The notes beneath the pieces are model-generated. The model did no database searches. It saw only the letters and a list, made by a program, of their open reading frames with translations, and was not told the origin of the DNA. This document shows, piece by piece, positions 54,633 to 64,000 of a DNA stretch of 64,000 nucleotides (position 1 is the first letter of the stretch; every line of letters starts with the position of its first letter). The stretch comes from the human T2T-CHM13v2.0 reference genome, Homo sapiens. Position numbers and translations under genes: made by a program. The stretch lies in assembly GCF_009914755.1 (NCBI RefSeq), contig NC_060925.1, one strand, 5' to 3'.

Positions 54633-55342
54633 TGAAACAACCTCATTGTCTGGGGTGCCACCCAAAGTTCTTTGTCTCACGGCTGAGGAAATCAAGGGCA
54701 TGGACACTCCAAGGGTGAGGTTAGAGCAAAAGTTTAATAAGTGGGAGAAAGAAAGAAAGCCCTTTGCTGCAGAGAGGGGTCCTGAAAAAGGGTTACCACT
54801 TCACAGTGAAATACAAAGATTTTTGTAAATGAGCTATTGGGGAGGGGTATCTCATCTACATAAGGCACAAGAAAACAGTTAAGACTAGGTGTGTCATTTG
54901 CATAGGGCACTAATCTCCAGCAGCACCCCTGCCAACCTTTTATTGCACAGATGGGCCCTTAGCCTAAGTTACTCCATGTTGTTTATCTTTATTACTGCAC
55001 ATGTGCTAAGTGGGCAGAACCATCCATGGTGGACATGCCCAGCCCAAGGTAGTTCCTCTTATTGGTGCAGCTGCAGACACCCCCATTCTGTGCAAGCTTC
55101 CTTATCTGAGTATGTCCAAAAAATGAAACGAATGTGCTCACTAGGGCCCACTGTGTTTACTGGGGGCCACCATATGTATGTGAAGCTTGCTGATTACATA
55201 GGAGGCTGCCTCTCTGTGCTGGAACTTGCTTCCTTATCTATATTTGCAGTCTGATCTTCCAGGCTGTTCTTTGTTAGAGAGGGAATTCTGCCAAGGACTC
55301 TGCCCTCAGTATCTGACTAGCTAGTTTCTTCCTTCTCTCTCA
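54633..55342 (-). mobile_element. ERV1 solo LTR (LTR27/LTR28/MER61 group)
   Basis: TG...CA ends with perfect 4-bp TSD CTGT; tgaaacaacctcattgtctgggg...gcagagaggggtcc. Confidence 0.85.
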
Positions 55343-55667
55343 CTGTCATTTCCTTGTATAAGGATTTATAAAGTCTTAATTTTTCAAAGTCCATACTACA
55401 AATACAAAATATTCAGCAACAGCAGCCAATGAGCATGATTGTGGTTTAGTCTGATGAGTGTTTTTCCTTTTTCTTTTGGCATCAAACACCCTCAATTCTT
55501 CCTTTTGGGTATTTCTTCCCTCTCTCAGCTCTATATGGCCCTACCGGGGCTGTTGAGCATCTTCCCTTAACCTCAGCCTTCAAATATTGGCCACAGACTA
55601 GACATATGAGTTAGACTTCAGCAAGAAGAGATCTCATCTTATTTATCAATGGTTTATAAATGAGCAT

Positions 55668-56364
55668 TGATATCGTTTGGCTCTGTGTCCCTGTCCAAAT
55701 CTCATCTTGTAGCTCCCATAATTCCCACATGTGGGAGAGACCTGGTGGGAGATGACTGAATCTGGGGTCAGGTCTTCCCCATGCTGTTCTTGTAATAGTG
55801 AGTGGGTCTCATGAGATCTGATGGTTTTAAAAATGGGAGTTTCCATCCAGGCGTGGTGGCTCACTCCTGTAATCCCAGCACTTTGGGAGGCCGAGACGGG
55901 CAGATCACGAGGTCAGGAGATCGAGACCATCCTCACTAACACAGTGAAACTCCGTCTCTACTAAAAATACAAAAACAAATTAGCCAGGCCTGGTGGCGGT
56001 CCCCTGTAGTCACAGCTACTCAGGAGGCTGAGGCAGGAGAATGGCGTGACCCTGGGAGGCAGAGCTTGCAGTGAGCCAAGATCGCGCCATTGCACTCCAG
56101 CCTGGGCTACAGAGTGAGACTCCGTCTCATAAAAAAAAAAAAAAAAAAGAAAGAAAGAAAATGGAAAAGGGAATTTCCTAGCCGGAGCTCTCCCTTTGCC
56201 TGCTGCCATCCATGTAAGATGCGACTTGCTCCTCCTTGCCTTCCGTCATGATTGTGAGGTCTCCCCAGCCATGTGGAACTGTAAGTCCAATTAAACCTCT
56301 TTCTTTCGTACATTGCCCAGTCTCGGGTGTGTCTTTATCAGCAGCGTGAAAACGGACTAATACA
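55668..56364 (+). mobile_element. THE1A solo LTR, interrupted by AluY
   Basis: tgatat..tttggctctgtgtcc ... cggactaataca; perfect TSD AGCAT. Confidence 0.93.
55845..56164 (+). mobile_element. AluY
   Basis: gagatcgagaccatcct, gaatggcgtga, gagcttgcagtgag diagnostics; TSD aaaatgggagtttcc / aaaagggaatttcc. Confidence 0.93.
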
Positions 56365-59300
56365 AGCATACAAGCCAAGTTGGAACCAGGAGTGCTCTTC
56401 CTGGGACTTTTCAGGCAGAGTACCCAGGAAAACTGTCCTGCTCACATTTGGGGTCATGTAACAAGAAAGTTGTAAACTTGAACATAAGAGAAAATTAGAA
56501 TATTTAATCACAATAAATAGGAATTCAAAGTTACTATGATATAATAAATTAAAAAGTTACACTTTTCATGTTTTGGGGAATAAAATTCCCTTTGATGTTT
56601 ACTTGCTCCAATATTGTGTTTTTCTTGTGATATTGTAGGCATTGTATAGTTTTTAATATATTTTAAATTTAAAAAGATATATTCTCCACTAGTGTCTGAT
56701 TTGAGAAAACAATATAAGGTTCTCCTTTTAAATGTCCCAGTAGATACTGGGTCATTAATGGATTTCATAGGAAACTGTTTACATAGTTGCAATAGTTCAT
56801 GCCATGACTGTTTTCAGTATAGTAAACCTTTCTTTTAAAGGTGATAATTTTATATCCAATGTAAAAAATTAATTTTGGAATATAGACTCACTGAGTAGAG
56901 GATTTGCAAAATTAGTCTCTTTACTGTTTTCACTATTATTAGTCACATTGGATAAGTTGGTATCAGGGTCAAGAGTTTGCAATTTCTTTTCAAAAATTAT
57001 TTATAAACATCATTGCTTTGTCTTTAAAAATGTATTAATCTCTTTGATACTTTCAGGAAAAATGATGTGCAATGAATTTAGTGCTGGCATAACAACTTCA
57101 ATATCATGCCCAATGAGCAAATAAATTTTGAAAAAATTTCAAAAGTGAAACTTTTGTTTGTTTTCTAGACTAGATATGTTTATTAATATCATCAATTGTT
57201 TCTAAAAGTAGTGTCCTACCTCCAGTTGATTTTTGGGTGGCATGATATCATCAACTTGACTATCTTGTAGCAGAATCAAAAAAGATTTCAGGATATGTTT
57301 GCCATACACATTTCTGTTTCATGGAAGCTGCAAAGTAGTTGTATAGATCTGGGAAAAGATAAAATGTGGTGGTATCAAAAGGGAACTTATCTGAATTTTC
57401 GTTGTCAAATTTACATAACAGACAGAATAGGAAATGGAGAATGTCTACATCTTTTTTTTTTTTTGAGGATCTTCTTTGTAATCTGTTTCTACACATATTT
57501 GTGACACTGTTGAATGCTTGGTTTCTCAAGTTAGTTTTATCTAGAAAAAAATCTTTAAAAATAGTCCACTAACAATGGCTTCTTTTGGAGCCATGTGTTC
57601 TACTGGATCAAATATTTGCACTTTGAAAATCTGCAAATCTAGCAGTAATTTTTTTTCCAAAAATCCTATATGACCAGTCAGTTTATTAAAAATATTAGGT
57701 TACTTTTCTAGATTTTTCGATATTTATGGTATGTTCACTTTTAAAAATCTGTAATTTGTTATGATTAGTTTCTTATTCTAAATAATCGATTTTATATCTC
57801 AAAAAAATAAAAAACTCCAAGAATTCAGCAAAAAAAAAAAAATTCTACATGGTTTTATATAAGACTGGATCTATAATAATTAAGGTCTATTTAATTACTT
57901 TGTATCACTCAAAATAATTTCATTCATTGCATCTGCTATAATTTTAATAATTTAGTTTTGTATTTAATTCTCTAAGAGTCATAGTATTATTTGGTAATAA
58001 TATCTGCATTCTTTATAAATGTTCTGCTGTATCATTATCAGACACTGCTATGGTTTCTGCCAAATGAAGAAAATTTCCATTACCAGGCTCATAAAGTGTC
58101 TTGGGTGATTCTCTGAACATCATGGATTGTCTTGCCAAAAATGGAATCACATGTGTTATAAATTTGACATTATGCAAATCGTTTCTCTCATTTTTCATGT
58201 CGCCTCTTTCTGCAGCATTGTTAGCACACATTTTTCAAATCTGACACTTTTGAACACTTAGCACATTAGTACTGACATGCTAAAATCTGTATTAAATGAT
58301 GCCTACCACTGCACCCATTCTCGTTCTTCAAACTATTACTTTTCATATCCAAACAAGTTTTTTAATGTAAATGAAATGCAGAGTCTTTCTAGATGGAATA
58401 AAGTAACTAGGACATAGGATTATGTGTAATCATCTAGATGGTGCTCGTGTGTGATAAATTCTCTAAAACATCCTCCTTTAAATGTAGTGTCATTTTATAA
58501 TGTTTAAAGTTTTTACTTGAGGTAGATCATTGCCAATAAAATTTTAGTGTTATATAACAGTCAAACTCTATGGTCATATGCCTGTAAACTAAAATACGTT
58601 TAGTTTTTAAAAATCTGTGGCTTTTAAAATTTGTGATTTTTTAAAAGAAACCATATATTTAGTTGACATGGCAGAAGAAGTGAAACTTACCCTTTACTTT
58701 TTGGTAGGCAGCATATGTTTATGCTACATTTTGCTCAAAGTGGCAATTATAATGACTTCTCCTTTTATTGTGGATTTACATCTATATTCACCATATATGT
58801 ACATATATTCAGTATTCCAAATATTTAGAAATTTTCCTTCTGTAATGCTTTCCATGTTCTGTTTTATAATCTGAACACTTTAAAATGTATTTTTTTTTCT
58901 GATACCTGGAGAAAAACAATGTAATGATTCGTATTTTGTTAAGGAATTTTTAACATTTTGAAATAATTATGTGTGTGATAAGTTGTTACATTTTAATAGC
59001 AGTTTAGTTTCGTATAGATGAATTTTTCCATAACAACAAATAATAGCTGCTGTAATATAATTATTAGATTATCATATAATACTGCCAAATTTATATTCAA
59101 ATAATACTTTGTGAATTATTATTGCTGATTAATGGTTATTACATAGAGATTTGGAACACAATGACTCTTATAAATGTCTATTTAAATTGGGAATTCAGAA
59201 ATACTATTCTAGAATAGTAAACAACTGACAGATGATACAAACTGCAATTTGAAACATCTAATTTACCCAGTGCACTCATACACCAACAAGACATTTTTTA

Positions 59301-59796
59301 AATGAGATATTTACTAATCAATACATTAGTCCAAAAAACAATAACATCACTATGTTTAGAAACACAGGTTATTTTAGATGTTGTTAGATCAACTTGGTTT
59401 TTAAATTATTTAATTTCCTTTTGCAAGTTAAAGTAGAATGACATACATTGATCATTTTACAAGATATTTTACTGCCATCTGCCAAAAAATTGTGATAATA
59501 AATAAATAGCTCATATATGGAGTCAAACTGTAATCATAGAAATAAAAGATTCTAATGTAGCTGATGTCCCATTAGATACAGTGCCCTTGTGCAGTACAGA
59601 ACCTGAGCAATCATACATGGCAGACTTGTCCCAGCCTCATGAAGAAAATCTGTCAGTGCCTGAGATTTTCCAGCACTGCATGGCAGGTGAGCTAAATTTG
59701 ACCTCTTTGTCAAGTCCTTCTTCATTGTGGCATAATTTTGCATGACTGAAAAAGACACAGTATTGCCAATATTATGCACTGCCAACTGTGTATATG

Positions 59797-59846
59797 CAGG
59801 ACTTTGGGAACACAATGGCCACAGGACTTTGGGAACACAATGGCCA
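59797..59846. repeat. Perfect 25-bp tandem duplication
   Basis: caggactttgggaacacaatggcca x2. Confidence 0.97.
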
Positions 59847-59878
59847 TTGTCTGGCAAATTTTAACTTCAGTCATTCTA

Positions 59879-59917
59879 GTCTACGGCCATACCACCCTGA
59901 ACACGCCCGATCTTGTC
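59879..59917 (+). pseudogene. 5S rRNA 5' fragment (nt 1-39), tailless retropseudogene
   Basis: GTCTACGGCCATACCACCCTGAACACGCCCGATCTTGTC matches 5S nt 1-39 with two CpG transitions; flanked by gtcattctag / gtcattttag. Confidence 0.92.
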
Positions 59918-60428
59918 ATTTTAGCCTGAAAAGTTGAAAGGTGTTTTTGCCTGTTTTGAGGGAATCTCTTCCCATTCTTTGGCCATTTGTGAGAAAGTTA
60001 ACTAGAGGGCGTTTGGAGCAGAAGAAAAGTCTGCTCTTTGCTTTGGTGTTTCATGGAGACCAAGGTTCAAACACTGACCCTCTGCACATAATTATGGTCT
60101 CAGCGGATGGCTTTCTCTTTTCCTCATTAGAGGTCAGTGGTATGGGCAGACAGAATGATATGCAAGAGGACCTGTGCTGGGTGAGGGCCCTGCTTAGGAG
60201 GAAATGAATTGACTGTGAAGGGAGCTGCCCAGGTCAATTTTCTACCAATGTAACAGTTTGTTGGACACATACTTGTTGCATATAATTTGTTGATCATATA
60301 TTGCTCAAATTAGATATTACATATATTTATATAAAATATATGTACACTTTGAGAAATATAAAGCAAGAAGGTGTTATTACATTAATTTATGACATACCAG
60401 GCCAGGAAAAAAAAATTAGGTATCAGAC

Positions 60429-60592
60429 CAATGGTTCTCATTCCCAGCTGTGCATTAAAATCACCTACACATTAAAGGTAGAGATTCCTAGGTCTTATTC
60501 CAGAGATGTTGAATCAAACGTCTGATATTGTGCCAAGGAGTCTGTATATTTTTAAAACTATAGGGGTGATGCTGACAGACATCCAGGTTACT
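60429..60592. mobile_element. MER5A-like MITE
   Basis: caatggttctca...gctgtgcattaaaatcacct...ccagagat..tga...tctgtatattttaaa...ggtgatgctga. Confidence 0.7.
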
Positions 60593-60693
60593 GGATTTTT
60601 CTATTTTTCCCCCAGTATGATTCATCCAACTCTCTTTTATCCTGAAGCACAGAATAGGCCTACCTCTAAAAGCAAGCATTAAAAAAAATTGTC

Positions 60694-60984
60694 GGCCGGG
60701 CTCGGTGGCTCACGTCTGTAATCCCAGTACTTTCGGAGGCTTAGGTAGGTGGATCACGAGGTCAGGAGTTCAAGACCAGACTGGACAAGACGGTGAAACC
60801 CCGTCTCTACTAAAAATACAAAAATTAGCCGGCTGTGGTGGTGGGCACCTGTAATCCCAGCTACTCAGGAGGCTGAGGCAGAGAATTGCTTGAACCTGGG
60901 AGGTGGAGGTTGCAGTGATCCAAGATTGCGCCACTGCACTCCAGCCTGGGCAACAGAGAGAGACTCCACCTCAAAAAGAAAAAG
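60694..60984 (+). mobile_element. AluSg
   Basis: Dimer with ggatcacgaggtcaggagttc; TSD aaaattgtc/aaaattgcc. Confidence 0.95.
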
Positions 60985-61918
60985 AAAAATTGCCAAAGGT
61001 CTACCATGTACATGGCATTGTCAGCAGTATTATAGAAAATAAAAATATGAATAAGATCCAGTTTTTAAGGAGCTTAGAATCTAGCAGGGAAGAGAAAAGA
61101 TAACCTGAAAATGGTAAGGCTATGGGTGAAATCATCACATTACATGTTCCATTCACAAGAAGTCTGAGGTGTTTCTCCAGCTCTTGGTTGTTTTACTCAG
61201 TATAGTGTTATTGGGCTTTCTAGCTGACATTCCGAGATAAAGAAGCAAGTGAATTATTACATGCTAGTTAAGGAAATTCAGCACAATGATCCTTTGTCTT
61301 ACAGAAAATGTAGGAATACTTTTTGCCTTATATTAATATAAATAGAGAGCTGTACTTCAGAATTTAAGATTCCATTGGGGCTTAATATGCACCCTTTTAT
61401 TATTGTTGTGGATATATTGTCTACGTTTATTTAAAAAATAAACATGCTGCTTTCTGAATTGATCTGTAATTTATAAGGACATCATTATAATTACAAATAT
61501 GGTATTATTATTCTGCATTCATTGTGTTAGAAGGGTAGCTTAATGCTTATAATTCCTTCCCTATTTTTCCACAACTGATTTATCACTTGTCTGACCCAAC
61601 TTCCCTCCACTCCATTGTTCTGCTCTCTCCGTACATCCCACTTCACAGAGGAATGTTAATAATGGAATATGTTATTTACCTTTTCATTTACATGCTTCCA
61701 AGCTGCCATTCTCTGTAATTAATCACTGCCATAAATATTCCCATGTATGTGCTTTATATATATACTCTTACTGGGTCACTGAACTAATAAAACAGCTTAT
61801 TCTAAGCATTGTTGCAAATCACAGCCTATAGTTAGTAAAATGCATAAGGTAAGGATAGATTTGCAAGATATTTTGAGTCAGGTGAAAATGATGAAATCTT
61901 TTGTTTCTCAAATAATAC

Positions 61919-61995
61919 ATGTATTATTAGTATTATTAGGGTTATTATTAGTAGCAGTGGTACTATTAGTACTATTAGGATTATTAGTACTATTA
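61919..61995. repeat. Degenerate 9-mer (gtaytatta)n
   Basis: Read directly; gives the Leu/Val-rich ORF 61840..62022. Confidence 0.8.
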
Positions 61996-62654
61996 AAAGT
62001 AGCCACTATATGTTATGTTTAATACCTACTATTGTTTTCACAGCTTTTAAATATTTATAAAATAAAATAGTTCTAAAAGAAAATTGAAGATTTTGTGGCT
62101 TCTTCTCCATATAAGGAAGTGGGTATGATATTACCTCCAAGTAAAAAATTTTACCTGGCCTTGGATCTTTTACTAATGTCAAATAACCTATCAGATATTA
62201 ATCCATTAAGAGAGCTGTACTTTGAACATTTTATGTGAGTTATCTTCCCTCTAACTGCTTTTCTTTTCATCTGCAGAGCAGATCAATTTCTCAAAACGTG
62301 TTGGGCTATAAAGTAAATATATTTTTATTGTCTCTTTGGGGAGAGTTGAATTTAGGGAGCAACCATATAGATGGGGACCCTCTAATCCTTTTTTCTCTCA
62401 TGAGTTTAATGGCACTTACCGTGATATGTGCAAGAGTTTATTTTCTTCCATTTAGGATGAAAGAACTACCTGTATGATATTCAGGATACAATCCAGGTCC
62501 CAAAATGCCAACATTAGAGCAAGGGTGTAGTAAAAAATCTGTATCAGAGTAAAGTCATCAGATCAGTATAAGAAATATGGGTATCAGAATTTGAGGCTAA
62601 GCAAAAGTGACAGAAAAAGTGGTACCAGAAACACAACTTGCTTGAGCGACATTA

Positions 62655-63410
62655 GCTCATCCATTCATTCATTCACTTATTCATTCATTTAACACATATT
62701 TATGGATCACCTACACTGTGCAAGGTGCTTCCCTTCATGAAACTTTAATTGGGGGTATGTAGGACATGGTGGTAGAGGTAGACAACACTCAATCATTGTA
62801 TTAGTCTGTTCTCACACTGCTATAAAGATACTACCCAAGACAGTAATTTATGAAAGAAAGAAGTTTAATTGACTCACAGTTTTGCATGGCTGGAGAGAAC
62901 TCAGGAAACTTACAATCATGGCAGAAGGCAAACAAGAAGCAAGTACCTTCTTCATAAGGTGGCTGGAAAGAGAAAGAGTGAAAAAGAAACTGCCAAACAC
63001 TTATAAAACCATTAGATCTCGTGAGAACTCACTCACTACCAAGAGGACAGCATGTGAGAAACCACCTCCATGATCCAATCACTTCCCACCAGATCCCTCC
63101 CTCAACACATGAGGATTATGGGGATTACAATTCAAGATGAGATTTGGGTGGGGACACAGAGCCAAACCCTATCAATCATATATCTTTTTATTTGATTAGA
63201 AATGTGATAGGAATAGTAGATAGTACATGGTGCTATATAAAATAGGAACGTAGGAGTTAAGAGAAGGCTGCCTTGAGGAAGCAACAACTAAGATAAACTT
63301 GAAGGGTAAACAGGAATTATTAGAACAAAATGCCCAAAAGCATGTGGTCTGGGTCACTTTCCAGCTGGAATCAGTACAACAGGAGGCCAGAGAGTAGGGA
63401 GGCATGGAAG
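62655..63410 (-). mobile_element. L2 3' fragment, interrupted by THE1D
   Basis: cattcattcattca...aacacatatttatggatcacctacactgtgcaagg. Confidence 0.7.
62797..63174 (-). mobile_element. THE1D-like MaLR solo LTR
   Basis: tgtattagtctgttctcacactgc...gggacacagagccaaaccctatca; perfect TSD ATCAT. Confidence 0.93.
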
Positions 63411-63429
63411 GTTAGGTTAACACAGGACA

Positions 63430-63600
63430 GTGCAGAGTTCAAAGTCTTGGAAATCCAATAGGCAAAATTCAAATCCCTGGCTCACCTTTGTACTAGCCTC
63501 TCTGAGCCTTTGTTTCTTTAACTCTCATAAATAAATAATACATAGTAAAATACATACTGAATAATATCTACCTATCAATGGTGTTGGGAGAATTAATTTC
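63430..63600 (+). mobile_element. MIR fragment
   Basis: ttcaaatccctggctc...cctctctgagcctttgtttc...atatctacct...gttgggagaattaa. Confidence 0.65.
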
Positions 63601-64000
63601 ACAATTTTTCTACTACTAAGTTATGATTTCATCCACATACCAAGCCACTAATAATCCAGAACTCCTTAGGGCTATTTTTGGAGTTTTTAATGACTTATGC
63701 CTTAGTGCTGAAATTGTGGTATTAATTTCCTGTGTAATCGGGACTTTCATTAATAATGTCCATATGAATTCCATAGCACTTTTGATTTTAATCTAAGCTT
63801 CATAATCTGGAAAATATTTATCTCCTGCATTTTAGGAAATAATCAAATATGAAAACAGAAGTGTTTTGGAAGAAATGAATTGACTTTGTCACTAGGGGGA
63901 GACCTACCCAGGTTTTGAAACTTGCCCCAACTTTCAGAGTGGAGAGAATTTTTTTCTGAGAAGTGATGGTGTAGGAAAAGGCACTGAAAAACTTAGCAGT

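Noticed and set aside
59879-59917. Functional 5S rRNA gene
   Set aside because: Only nt 1-39 are present; internal promoter and terminator are missing.
61840-62022. Signal-peptide or transmembrane-like ORF
   Set aside because: Hydrophobicity comes from a low-complexity 9-mer repeat.

Overview
AT-rich primate genomic DNA with no recognisable protein-coding gene. L1PA2-type, AluY and HERV-H elements suggest human or another African great ape. About two thirds of the window is transposon-derived. Main landmarks: (1) a complete two-LTR HERV-H/LTR7 provirus (10030-16371, GTGAG target-site duplication, tRNA-His primer-binding site, env-deleted form) inserted in a long L2; (2) a three-level L1 nest (20.6-34.9 kb); (3) an MLT2B/ERV-L remnant, many solo LTRs, Alus, MIRs and DNA transposons; (4) a young L1PA2 3' fragment. 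The most notable unexplained structures are: a TSD-flanked, poly(A)-tailed retrocopy of an apparently spliced MST-LTR > antisense-Alu > third-exon transcript (30425-30856); two templated insertions in one L1MA copy, one of which is a ~495-bp inverted copy of local DNA 3 kb away that replaces most of ORF2; a tailless 5S rRNA retropseudogene; a 78-bp twin-primed L1; and a candidate 270-nt phase-0/0 exon. Subfamily names come from recalled consensus sequences and identities from by-eye alignment, so both need RepeatMasker/BLAST confirmation.
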